Shown one piece after another: positions 8,846 through 17,901 of a stretch of DNA of 58,976 nucleotides. Numbering within the stretch: the stretch's first letter is position 1; each line of letters starts with the position of its first letter. This DNA is from Patescibacteria group bacterium. GTDB lineage: Bacteria > Patescibacteriota > Microgenomatia > UBA8517. The DNA lies in NCBI GenBank assembly GCA_038061225.1, contig JBBTZT010000003.1:1-58976 (forward strand), written 5' to 3'. Under the pieces are notes generated by a model. That model searched no databases and was not told the origin of the DNA. It saw only the letters and a list, made by a program, of their open reading frames with translations. Both the position numbers and the translations under genes were made by a program.

Positions 8846-9742
8846 ATGACCACAAAAAATGATTTTTATGATATCTTAGGATTAAATAAATCTGCTTCTA
8901 GTGCAGAAATAAAAGCAGCATATAGAAAAAAAGCTTTGGAGTGGCATCCAGATAGACATCAAGGAAGTGACAAAGAAGAAGCTGAAAGAAAATTTAAAGA
9001 AATAAACGAAGCATATCAAATACTTTCTGATCCTTCAAAAAAGAGTGCATATGATAATTATGGCCACGACGCATTTTCTCCTGGTGGCGGAGGGTTTAAG
9101 GGTGGTGGATCCCCCTTCGCACAAGGCTTCGGGGGACAGGCCGGGCCATTTACTTACACTTGGTCTTCAGGTGGTGGGCAACAAAATCCATTTGGAAATA
9201 CTGATTTTGGAGATCCATTTGATATTTTTGAAAGTTTTTTTGGCGGAGGCGGAAATCCCTTTGGAAATCAAAGACAAAGACAAATTCCACGCTATAGCGT
9301 TCACTTAGAATTTATGGAAGCAGTAAATGGTGTTACTAAGGAATTTAATATAGAAGGGGAGAGAAGAAAAATTAAAATTCCAGCAGGTGTTGATGAAGGA
9401 ACAAAAATAAACTTTGGTGATTTTTCATTGTCTGTAAATGTTATTCCTCATGAATTTTTTGAAAGAGATGGGGATGATATTTATATAAATGTCACAATTC
9501 CCTATTCAATGGCAGTTTTAGGAGGAAACATTGAAGTTCCAACAATTGATGATGAAGTTAAAATAAAAGTAAAGGGGGGAACAGGGTCAGGAACAATGAT
9601 TAGACTAAAGGGCAAAGGTGCTCCAAACCCACATCATAAAACAAAAGGTGATCAGTATATAAAACTAAATATTTTAGTTCCAGAAAGAATGAACAGAGAA
9701 CAAAAAAGAATAATTGACGATTTGAAAGAAGAAGGGCTCTAA
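8846..9742 (+). CDS. dnaJ: DnaJ-family co-chaperone lacking the Zn-finger region (class B/CbpA-like)
   Basis: J domain with HPD, G/F-rich linker, C-terminal domain; no CxxCxGxG repeats. Confidence 0.9.
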   Translation: MTTKNDFYDILGLNKSASSAEIKAAYRKKALEWHPDRHQGSDKEEAERKFKEINEAYQILSDPSKKSAYDNYGHDAFSPGGGGFKGGGSPFAQGFGGQAGPFTYTWSSGGGQQNPFGNTDFGDPFDIFESFFGGGGNPFGNQRQRQIPRYSVHLEFMEAVNGVTKEFNIEGERRKIKIPAGVDEGTKINFGDFSLSVNVIPHEFFERDGDDIYINVTIPYSMAVLGGNIEVPTIDDEVKIKVKGGTGSGTMIRLKGKGAPNPHHKTKGDQYIKLNILVPERMNREQKRIIDDLKEEGL

Positions 9743-9786
9743 TTTTCAATTGATTAAATCTCCCTGATGCTGTAAACTTCAAGACT

Positions 9787-10776
9787 ATGGCAAGTAATAA
9801 TCAACCAAGAACTGAATTTAATCAAGCACTAAAGGCTATAGCTTCTGAACGAGGCATAGATGTTAATGTCATAATTGATGCAATCAAACAGGCAATAATT
9901 GCAGCCTTTAGACGTGATCAAAAAGAATCAGGTGTTGAATATTCTGAAGAAACTGTCTTTGATGCCCAAATTGACTCTTTAGATGGTGGAGCAAAAGTTT
10001 TAGTTGATGGCAAAGATGTAACACCTCCAGGGTTTGGAAGAATTGCGGCTCAAACGGCAAAACAAGTAATTCATCAAAAAATAAGAGAAGCAGAAAGAGG
10101 AATTGTTATGGAAGAATTTACAGGTAAGATCGGTTCATTAGTTTCTGGGACTGTCCTTCGATTTGATGGCCCAAATGTTAGAATAGATATGGGTAAGACT
10201 GAGGGATTTATGCCTCAAGACGAAAGAGTTCCTTCTGAAAGACTTGCTCAAGGTCAAAGACTAACATTTTTATTAAAAGATATTAGAGAAACTATTAAAG
10301 ACAAAGAAATAATTCTCTCTCGTGCTGATTCTCAATTTGTAGTTAAACTGTTTGCAAGAGAAGTTCCTGAAATTGGTGCAAACTCTGTAGAAATTAAATT
10401 AATTTCTCGTGAAGCTGGCGTTAGAACTAAAATTGCGGTTTACACTTCACAAAGTGGAGTTGATCCAGTAGGAAGTTGTGTTGGGCAAAAAGGTGTCAGG
10501 GTACAAGCAGTAACAAATGAGTTGGGTGGAGAAAGAGTTGATGTTATTCCTTATAACGAGGATCCCTCTGAACTCATAAAATTTGCCCTTGCTCCAGCAG
10601 AAAATTTAGTAGTAAAAGTTTCTAAAAAGACACTTGAAGCAACTGTTACTGCCCCTGAGGATCAATTATCTTTAGCAATTGGAAAAGATGGGCAAAATGT
10701 TCGTTTAGCCTCAAAATTAACAGGCTATAAAATCGAAATAATTGCGTCAAGCGAGTCAAATCAAAATGATAAATAA
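9787..10776 (+). CDS. nusA: Transcription factor NusA
   Basis: FGRIAAQTAKQVI, S1 and KH domains, GSCVGQKGVRVQAV, AIGKDGQNVRLA. Confidence 0.97.
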   Translation: MASNNQPRTEFNQALKAIASERGIDVNVIIDAIKQAIIAAFRRDQKESGVEYSEETVFDAQIDSLDGGAKVLVDGKDVTPPGFGRIAAQTAKQVIHQKIREAERGIVMEEFTGKIGSLVSGTVLRFDGPNVRIDMGKTEGFMPQDERVPSERLAQGQRLTFLLKDIRETIKDKEIILSRADSQFVVKLFAREVPEIGANSVEIKLISREAGVRTKIAVYTSQSGVDPVGSCVGQKGVRVQAVTNELGGERVDVIPYNEDPSELIKFALAPAENLVVKVSKKTLEATVTAPEDQLSLAIGKDGQNVRLASKLTGYKIEIIASSESNQNDK

Positions 10777-10823
10777 ATTTGTCATTAAAATGATAATGTT
10801 TAAATTTTTAAAAAATAATATAT

Positions 10824-12206
10824 ATGAATACCAAAAGATCGCCAATTGTAGTAGTTTTAGGTCATGTTGATCATGGTAAGACTTCTCTTCTTGATGCTTT
10901 AAGACAAACGAATGTTACTGCAACAGAGGTGGGCGGAATCACACAATCAATAGGAGCTTCGGTTATCACCTCAAAAGATGGAAATAAAATTACTTTTGTA
11001 GACACCCCAGGTCATGCTGCGTTTTCTGCCATGAGGTCTCGTGGTTCTCGCTTAGCTGATATTGCTCTTTTAGTTTTAGATTCTTCAGATGGAGTAAAAC
11101 CACAAACAAAAGAAGCAATAGAACACATAAATGATGCAAAAATTCCCTTTATAGTAGTTTTTACAAAAACTGATCTTCCAGCAGCCTCAATTGACGTAGC
11201 ATTAACTGAACTTGAAAAGAATGGAATTCTTTTTGAAGGTAGAGGTGGTCAAACTCCATACTTAGGTGTATCTGCAAAGAAAAAAGAAGGATTAAATGAA
11301 CTTTTAGATTTAATCAGTTTGCTTTCTGACGTTAATTCTATAGAAGGTGATAATGAAGCAGATTTGGAAGCAGTTGTAATTGAAACAGCAAGAGAAAAAG
11401 GTGGAAACATGGTATCTGTAGTTGTTAGAAATGGAAAATTATTTGTAGGACAAGAAATTTTTGCAGAAGGTGCAAAAGGAAAAGTTAAAGGATTATTTGA
11501 TGATAAAAACAAACCAGTTAAAGAAGTTCTCTCAGGAAAACCAGCAAGAATATTAGGTTTTAAAAACTTACCGCCAGTTGGAGCTGTAATATCTGACCAT
11601 TTTAGTGGCCAGGAATTTAAAATTTCTAATTTAAAATTTAAAATTGAGAAAGGGAAGATTCCACTTTATTTAAAAGCAGAAAGTGCGGGAGCTTTAGAGG
11701 CTCTTGTCGCATCAATTCCACAAGAATTCGCTGTTATTGATGCAACAATAGGGGATGTTATTGAATCTGATATTTTAAATGCGAAATCTAATAATGCAAT
11801 AATTTTTGTTTTTGAGAGTAAAGTTTCTTCAAATATTAAAAAACTGGCAGAAATGGAAAAAATAAAAATCGAAAGGTTTGAAATAATATATGAACTTTTA
11901 GAACGCTTAAATGAAATTGTTAAAAAGGGTTTGACAGAAATTATCGGGAAAGCTGAAATAATTGCAAGTTTTCCATTTGATAATAAAAAGGTTGCAGGGT
12001 CTAAAATACTGCAAGGTAGGATTGAAAAATTAGGAGATATTAGGCTAATAAGAGATGAAAAAGAACTAGGAAAACTCAAAATTTTATCAATCAAGAAACA
12101 AAAACAGGAAGTTCTTGGAGCTTCTCAAGGCGAAGAGTGTGGAATATTATTTGTTCCACAACTTGATTTTCAGGTAGGAGATGTTATAGTAGCGGTTAAA
12201 GAATGA
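10824..12206 (+). CDS. infB: Translation initiation factor IF-2, N-terminally truncated
   Basis: [38 protein letters not shown]; G4 motif reads TKTD. Confidence 0.95.
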   Translation: MNTKRSPIVVVLGHVDHGKTSLLDALRQTNVTATEVGGITQSIGASVITSKDGNKITFVDTPGHAAFSAMRSRGSRLADIALLVLDSSDGVKPQTKEAIEHINDAKIPFIVVFTKTDLPAASIDVALTELEKNGILFEGRGGQTPYLGVSAKKKEGLNELLDLISLLSDVNSIEGDNEADLEAVVIETAREKGGNMVSVVVRNGKLFVGQEIFAEGAKGKVKGLFDDKNKPVKEVLSGKPARILGFKNLPPVGAVISDHFSGQEFKISNLKFKIEKGKIPLYLKAESAGALEALVASIPQEFAVIDATIGDVIESDILNAKSNNAIIFVFESKVSSNIKKLAEMEKIKIERFEIIYELLERLNEIVKKGLTEIIGKAEIIASFPFDNKKVAGSKILQGRIEKLGDIRLIRDEKELGKLKILSIKKQKQEVLGASQGEECGILFVPQLDFQVGDVIVAVKE

Positions 12207-13105
12207 TTAACAATAGTTTTGCTTCACTTATATCCTCTGCTAACGAAATTTTAATTCTATTGCCAAATAAACCATATTTTGATCAAGTTGGGGCTGGACT
12301 TTCTCTTTATTTATCACTCCTAAGTCTAGCTAAAAAAGTTTCTATTTTTTGCCCCGTTTCAATGATTGCAGAATATTCTAGGCTTATTGGAGTTGATAAA
12401 ATAACAACTGATTTAGAAAGTCATAATTTAACCATTAAATTTGTAAATTATGAAGCAGCTGATGTTGATAAAGTAAATTATGACATTATTGATGGACAAT
12501 TTAAATTAACAGTAACTCCAAAACTAGGTCTTAAATCTCCCACTAAAGATCAAGTTGATATTAGTTATTCTGGTATATCTTGTGATTTAGCTATTTTAAT
12601 TGGTGGTGCAAATGATTCACATTTTCCTGCTATTTCAAAAGATGAATTTAAAAATACTAAATTAGTTCATATTGGGACAAGACTTCTAGAAATTATAAAT
12701 AATGAATTAGAAGTACTTTCTTTTGCAAGACCAGCATCCTCAGCATCAGAACTTGTAGCAAGTTTACTAAAAGAAAGTGGGTATCCAGTAGATTCTGATA
12801 TTGCAACAAATCTTTTAATAGGAATTGAAGAACAAAGTAAAAATTTTCAAGGTGAGGCAGTTACCGCTGATACATTTATTATATTTGCAGAGCTTTTAAA
12901 ATTAGGAGGTAAAAGAATGCCACGAGCGTTAGCTCCAAAAGATTATCCACAGGGATCAATTCCAACCAAGCCCTTTACATCAGCCTTCGCCAAGGCTTCG
13001 TCCAGCAAGCAAATGACCCCAGAGGAAGCAGAAGAAGAATTAAACCAAGAAATACCGCCTAGTTGGTCAGAACCAAAAATCTTCACAGGAACTAGTTTAA
13101 GTTAA
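12203..13105 (+). CDS. Degenerate DHH/NrnA-like protein
   Basis: SANEILILLP..P..DQVGAGLSL and ASSASELV...ATNLLIGI..S.NF resemble the DHH-family fold and it follows infB, but the DHH motif is absent. Confidence 0.55.
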   Translation: MINNSFASLISSANEILILLPNKPYFDQVGAGLSLYLSLLSLAKKVSIFCPVSMIAEYSRLIGVDKITTDLESHNLTIKFVNYEAADVDKVNYDIIDGQFKLTVTPKLGLKSPTKDQVDISYSGISCDLAILIGGANDSHFPAISKDEFKNTKLVHIGTRLLEIINNELEVLSFARPASSASELVASLLKESGYPVDSDIATNLLIGIEEQSKNFQGEAVTADTFIIFAELLKLGGKRMPRALAPKDYPQGSIPTKPFTSAFAKASSSKQMTPEEAEEELNQEIPPSWSEPKIFTGTSLS

Positions 13106-13120
13106 TGATATAATATATCC

Positions 13121-13367
13121 ATGAAATCTGATTTGTTTAAGCAATTAGTTTGGGATTATAATTTGACTCAAGATGAATTTGAGGAAATTCTTGTTGGGAA
13201 AAAAGTGTTAGGTAATATGAATAAAAGTTGGGCAATTACTAGAATTTTAGAGAATTTAAATTATTATGATGCAATGAATTAAGTGGGTTGATGGAAAAGA
13301 ACCAGACACCAAAACTTTTCAAGCAGATTTAAATTTAATTTGCGATTCACTACTTACAACCAAATAA
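13121..13367 (+). pseudogene. Probable deletion relic of a nucleotidyltransferase-type (AbiE-like) TA pair
   Basis: 53-aa ORF 13121-13282 (MKSDLFKQLVWDYNLTQDEFEEIL...WAITRILENLNYYDAMN) with an extended -10 box, followed by a startless frame 13278-13367 (IKWVDGKEPDTKTFQADLNLICDSLLTTK*). Family resemblance is from memory and was not searched. Confidence 0.4.
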
Positions 13368-13386
13368 TTTATGATAATATAAATAT

Positions 13387-14046
13387 ATGGACAATCAAAA
13401 TCAGACACCGGTTACATCAATAGTTACTCCTCAAGTTGTAGTTGAACAACCAAAAACTAGTAACTTTCTAATTATCTTGTTATCTATTCTTCTATTTATC
13501 TCTGTAGTCATTGCAGGTTTTTTTGCATATCAAACACAACGGCTGGTCTCCGAATTAAAAATTAAAAATGAAGAGTTAATAGTTAAAACATCAGAACCAA
13601 CAGTTGAACCAGTTGCAACAAACAGTGCGATTGCAACAGCCGACCCAACTGCAAACTGGAAAACGTATACAGATGATAAATATAAATTTAGTTTAAGGTA
13701 TCCAAATAGAGTAAAAAATCATGTCGTAAGTGTTAGTGTTTTGAGGGTAACAGGATTTGGATACTGCTATTTATATGGTACTGAAAAAACGATTGTCATA
13801 AGCGGAATAAATGCAAAAACAGCTGATGGAGTTGGTACGGGAGATACTGAAATATGTGACCAGCCAAGAGATGTAATGTCTAAAAAAGGAAATACATTTG
13901 TTCTAATACCACTTGCTGTTAGCAATGACGGCTTGCCTGTGGATCAAATATTTATAAATTATGATTACCCGCTAAGCGATCTAAATCTAGCAAAGCAGAA
14001 TCTTGATCAGGTTCTTTCCACTTTTAAATTCACAGATGCAAAATAA
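13387..14046 (+). CDS. Single-TM exported protein with a DPTANWKTY motif (PsbP-like fold suspected), paralog 1
   Basis: TM ending IAGFFAYQTQ, Pro/Thr stalk, WKTYT...F...YP, C-terminal DQVLSTFKF. Confidence 0.8.
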   Translation: MDNQNQTPVTSIVTPQVVVEQPKTSNFLIILLSILLFISVVIAGFFAYQTQRLVSELKIKNEELIVKTSEPTVEPVATNSAIATADPTANWKTYTDDKYKFSLRYPNRVKNHVVSVSVLRVTGFGYCYLYGTEKTIVISGINAKTADGVGTGDTEICDQPRDVMSKKGNTFVLIPLAVSNDGLPVDQIFINYDYPLSDLNLAKQNLDQVLSTFKFTDAK

Positions 14047-14221
14047 ACAACTTGAAGGGTTAGGCAATTTTTTCCTAGATATCGCCAAAGGACTTTTGAT
14101 TGGAAGTGTTGGTACAACGACTTTTACTTCAATTAAATTGTTTACTGCAGTTTTAGGTGGTTTATCTGCAATGGGATGTGTGTTTACAGGTTTATATTTT
14201 TTAGGTAGAATGAAAGAGTAA
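14036..14221 (+). CDS. Small two-TM protein (61 aa)
   Basis: MQNKQLEGLGNFFLDIAKGLLIGSV... The ATG at 14036 is in frame with the ORF track entry and overlaps the upstream stop. Confidence 0.6.
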   Translation: MQNKQLEGLGNFFLDIAKGLLIGSVGTTTFTSIKLFTAVLGGLSAMGCVFTGLYFLGRMKE

Positions 14222-14223
14222 CT

Positions 14224-14352
14224 ATGTTACAGAATAATATTTTAAATTTTACATATATATTTTTAATTTTTGCCGGAACTTTGTCGGTAGGAGGATTGTT
14301 GATGGTTTATTTTGATAAAAAGAAGAGGATTAAAAGTAGAAAGAAAAGATGA
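14224..14352 (+). CDS. Putative single-TM microprotein (42 aa)
   Basis: Manual translation MLQNNILNFTYIFLIFAGTLSVGGLLMVYFDKKKRIKSRKKR*. Starts 2 nt after the previous stop and has a basic tail. Confidence 0.5.
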   Translation: MLQNNILNFTYIFLIFAGTLSVGGLLMVYFDKKKRIKSRKKR

Positions 14353-14441
14353 ATACAAGTACTATTTTACCAATAATTGCCGTTTTTTTAGCTATTGCTA
14401 CGGTATTTTTAATGTATAAAAATGTAACTATGAAAAGTTAA
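14349..14441 (+). CDS. Putative single-TM microprotein (30 aa)
   Basis: Manual translation MNTSTILPIIAVFLAIATVFLMYKNVTMKS*. ATGA overlap with the previous stop. Confidence 0.45.
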   Translation: MNTSTILPIIAVFLAIATVFLMYKNVTMKS

Positions 14442-14452
14442 TAAATAAATAT

Positions 14453-15112
14453 ATGGAAAATCAAATGCCAGAAATTCCAACAGTTGATAGTCCACAGACT
14501 ACTGCCGTACAAACTGTAGATCAAAAGCCGTCGACCAATAGCTTTTTAGTAATTTTACTTTCTGTCTTATTACTTCTTTCAGTAATAATTGCAGGTTTCT
14601 TTGCATATCAAACTCAAAAACTTGTTAAAGAACTGACAATGTTAAAAACAGAACCAATTCCAACACCAGAAGTTACAATGGAACCAACAACAGAACCAGT
14701 TGCAACAGATAGTTCTGAAGTTGACCCAACTGCAAATTGGAAAACATATACAAATGAAAAATTTGTTTTTAAATACCCCTCAACTGTGACCGTTAGCCTT
14801 AAAACACAAGGCCAAGAAGAAATAATTGGGATAAAGGGTTTAATGAAGGACGTATCTTTGGTTGTTGATCCGATTGAAGATCATAATTTTTACTTAGGAA
14901 AACAAATTTTAAAAACAATTAAATACAACAACGTTTCATGGAATTTACTTACAGGTTCTCAACAATATTGTGATGGTGGCGAATGTGGCAATATTTCGGA
15001 CGCATTACAGGTTGAATATCAAAACAAAAGATATTCAATTGTGTTAGGAGATTTAATTTATCCCGACACAGTTCTTAACCAAATTCTTTCCACCTTTAAA
15101 TTCACCAATTAA
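14453..15112 (+). CDS. Single-TM exported protein with a DPTANWKTY motif, paralog 2
   Basis: Same TM, stalk, WKTY motif and NQILSTFKF end as 13387-14046. Confidence 0.8.
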   Translation: MENQMPEIPTVDSPQTTAVQTVDQKPSTNSFLVILLSVLLLLSVIIAGFFAYQTQKLVKELTMLKTEPIPTPEVTMEPTTEPVATDSSEVDPTANWKTYTNEKFVFKYPSTVTVSLKTQGQEEIIGIKGLMKDVSLVVDPIEDHNFYLGKQILKTIKYNNVSWNLLTGSQQYCDGGECGNISDALQVEYQNKRYSIVLGDLIYPDTVLNQILSTFKFTN

Positions 15113-15142
15113 TTCCCCTTTGTAAAACTTACGTCTGCCTGA

Positions 15143-15188
15143 TATAATACAGAAATTGATGGTGGTAAGGCAGATAAGCTTTGACCAT
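15143..15188 (+). promoter_or_regulatory. rpsO -10 box and leader hairpin (candidate S15 autoregulatory site)
   Basis: TATAAT at 15143. Hairpin ATGGT-GGT-AAGGC-AGATAA-GCTTT-G-ACCAT at 15159-15188. Confidence 0.5.
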
Positions 15189-15203
15189 ACATGACTAAAC
15201 AAT

Positions 15204-15473
15204 ATGGCATTAAAAGTAGAAGAGAAAAAAGAATTAATTAAAAAGTTTGCAAGAGAAAAAGGTGATACTGGTTCTCCAGAAATTCAAATTGCACTTCTTT
15301 CAACAAAGATTGCAAAACTTGCAGAACATTTAACTGAACACAAAAAGGATGTCCACTCAAGAAGAGGACTACTTTCAATGGTTGCAAAGAGAAGAAGACT
15401 TCTGTCATACTTACAAAAGAAAGACGAGAAAAGATACAAAGATTTAATCAAAGAATTAAAATTAAACAAATAA
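15204..15473 (+). CDS. rpsO: 30S ribosomal protein uS15
   Basis: [12 protein letters not shown]...[27 protein letters not shown]. Confidence 0.98.
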   Translation: MALKVEEKKELIKKFAREKGDTGSPEIQIALLSTKIAKLAEHLTEHKKDVHSRRGLLSMVAKRRRLLSYLQKKDEKRYKDLIKELKLNK

Positions 15474-15492
15474 ATTTTCAGATGTGTCCTCA

Positions 15493-15540
15493 TTGAAAAT
15501 TAGAAATTGAAAATTGATTGAAAATTGTAAATTAAAAATT
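15493..15540 (+). repeat. Degenerate 7-mer tandem tract (TTGAAAA-type)
   Basis: ttgaaaa ttagaaa ttgaaaa ttga ttgaaaa ttgtaaa ttaaaaa. Confidence 0.75.
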
Positions 15541-15541
15541 C

Positions 15542-17872
15542 ATGAAGAAGATAGTTAAGACATTCAAATTAGGTGGTAAAGAAATTACATTAACCACAGG
15601 AGTATTAGCCGAACAAGCCGATAGCGCTGTTATGGCTAGAATGGGAGATACAGTAGTACTTGCTACTGTTACTTCAGCTCCACTAAAACAAGAAATGGAT
15701 TATTTCCCATTATCAGTTGAATATCAAGAGAAATTATATGCTGGTGGAAGAATAAAAGGTTCAAGATGGGTAAAAAGAGATGGAAGACCGACAGATGAAG
15801 AAATTTTAGTAGGAAGATTAATTGATAGATCCATTAGACCACTTTTTCCAAAACTATACAAAAAAGAGGTTCAAATAATAGTTGCAGTTCTTTCAGTTGA
15901 TGGTGAAAATATGCCATCAATGTTAGGTGCTATTGCCGCTTCTGCTGCAGTTCACATCTCTAACTTACCATGGAAGGGTCCTGTTGGGGTAATTAACATT
16001 GGCCTTAAAGATGAAAAATATATAATTAACCCAACCAATTCAGAGCTTTCTGAATCAGTTTTAGATTTAGTTGTTTCTTCAACTGCAAATGCAGTGGTAA
16101 TGATTGAAACAGGAGCAAAAGAAGTAAGTGAAAAGCAAGTTGTTGATGGAGTTAAAATGGCGTTTGACGAGGCACAGACTATAAACACAGCAATTGAAGA
16201 ATTTGCAAAAGAGTTGAAAGTTAAAAGAGATATCTATGAAGAAGAAAAACCATCTGCAACTTTAGAAAAAGAAGTAGAAAAATTAGTCAGTAAAGATATT
16301 TCAGAGCTTGTTAAAAACATGGCAACTCACGAGGGGTCATCTGATGTTTTTAAAGAAATGGTAACAATAGTTTCTGAGAAATTTGAAAAAGATCAAGACA
16401 AAAAATGGGTAGCAGAAATAATTGATCATCTTAAGAAAGACTATATAAGAGAACAAATACTAACAAAAGGAATAAGACCAGACGGCAGAAAATTAACAGA
16501 AATTAGAAAATTATCTTCAGAAGTAGGCTTTTTACCTAGAACTCATGGATCAGGATTATTTACTCGTGGTCAAACCCAAGTATTATCTATTGCGACACTT
16601 GGTTCCACTCAAATGGGGCAACTCTTAGAAACCGCAGAGGGTGAACAAGAAAAAAGATATATGCATCATTATTCCATGCCACCATTCACAACAGGAGAAG
16701 TTGGACGAGTTGGAAATCCAGGAAGACGTGAAATAGGTCATGGAGCATTAGCTGAAAAGGCCTTAATGCCAGTACTTCCAACTGAAGTGAATTTTCCATA
16801 TGCGATTCGCGTAGTATCTGAAGTTATGAGTTCAAATGGGTCAACTTCAATGGCTTCAGTTTGTGGTTCATCTTTGGCTTTAATGGACGCAGGAGTTCCA
16901 ATAACAGCTCCAGTATCTGGTATTGCAATGGGCTTAATTATTGAAGGCAAGGATGTTGCAATTCTTTCTGACATTATGGGAATTGAAGACTTTAATGGGG
17001 ACATGGATTTTAAGGTTGCAGGAACTGCAAAAGGAATTACAGCAATCCAGCTTGATGTTAAGACATTAAATCTAACACCTGTCATACTTGAAAAAGTATT
17101 AGAGCAGGCAAAAAATGGTCGTGCTGAGATGTTAAAAAGTGTAACAGACGCAATTAGTACTCCAAGAAAAGAAGTTTCAATTTATGCTCCAAAAATAAAA
17201 CTTGTTAAAGTTCCTGTTGATAAAATTGGTGACCTTATAGGTCCCGGTGGAAAAGCTATTAAAAAGTTAATGGCGGATACTGGAACACATATTGACGTTG
17301 AAGACGATGGAAGCGTTTCAATTTCAGGAATTGAAAAAGCAGGAATTGAAAAAGCCATTGAATATGTAGAAGGTCTTGGTAAAGAAGTAACTGCTGGCGA
17401 AATTTATGAAGGTGAAGTTGTTCGTATCATGCCATTTGGAGCTTTTGTAAATATCTTACCTGGAAAAGATGGGATGGTTCACGTTTCAGATATGGCAGAA
17501 GGGTATGTAGCGGACGCCAATGATATTGTAACCATCGGACAAAAAGTTACCGTTCGCGTTAAAGAAGTAGATGAAATGGGAAGAGTAAATCTCTCTATGA
17601 GAATGGATCCATCAACTGACAAGCCAAAAGAAGCCCACTCCGGTGGACCTTCGCGGGGCAGGGATAAGCAAAGCTTGGTCGGTTACACCGGTAGAAATTC
17701 AGGCGGTTACAATAGAAATAACAACAGATCAGATTCACGAGGTGGTGGATTTTCAGATAGAGGACGATCTTCCTTTGGAGGAAATAGGGATAGAAATTCA
17801 GCTCCAAGATCATCAGGTCCACACTTTCCAACTTCTAGATATTTCCAAACCGGAACAAATGTAGATAGATAA
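15542..17872 (+). CDS. pnp: Polyribonucleotide nucleotidyltransferase with an R/G/S/N-rich tail
   Basis: Two RNase PH domains (RTHGSGLFTRGQTQ, SNGSTSMAS, DMDFKVAG), KH and S1. Confidence 0.98.
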   Translation: MKKIVKTFKLGGKEITLTTGVLAEQADSAVMARMGDTVVLATVTSAPLKQEMDYFPLSVEYQEKLYAGGRIKGSRWVKRDGRPTDEEILVGRLIDRSIRPLFPKLYKKEVQIIVAVLSVDGENMPSMLGAIAASAAVHISNLPWKGPVGVINIGLKDEKYIINPTNSELSESVLDLVVSSTANAVVMIETGAKEVSEKQVVDGVKMAFDEAQTINTAIEEFAKELKVKRDIYEEEKPSATLEKEVEKLVSKDISELVKNMATHEGSSDVFKEMVTIVSEKFEKDQDKKWVAEIIDHLKKDYIREQILTKGIRPDGRKLTEIRKLSSEVGFLPRTHGSGLFTRGQTQVLSIATLGSTQMGQLLETAEGEQEKRYMHHYSMPPFTTGEVGRVGNPGRREIGHGALAEKALMPVLPTEVNFPYAIRVVSEVMSSNGSTSMASVCGSSLALMDAGVPITAPVSGIAMGLIIEGKDVAILSDIMGIEDFNGDMDFKVAGTAKGITAIQLDVKTLNLTPVILEKVLEQAKNGRAEMLKSVTDAISTPRKEVSIYAPKIKLVKVPVDKIGDLIGPGGKAIKKLMADTGTHIDVEDDGSVSISGIEKAGIEKAIEYVEGLGKEVTAGEIYEGEVVRIMPFGAFVNILPGKDGMVHVSDMAEGYVADANDIVTIGQKVTVRVKEVDEMGRVNLSMRMDPSTDKPKEAHSGGPSRGRDKQSLVGYTGRNSGGYNRNNNRSDSRGGGFSDRGRSSFGGNRDRNSAPRSSGPHFPTSRYFQTGTNVDR

Positions 17873-17901
17873 GTATTTTTAACACATGATATAATTTTTA
17901 T

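Noticed and set aside
13387-15112. Diversity-generating retroelement template/variable repeat pair
   Set aside because: There is no reverse transcriptase in the window, the differences are not adenine-specific, and the similar blocks are short and both coding.
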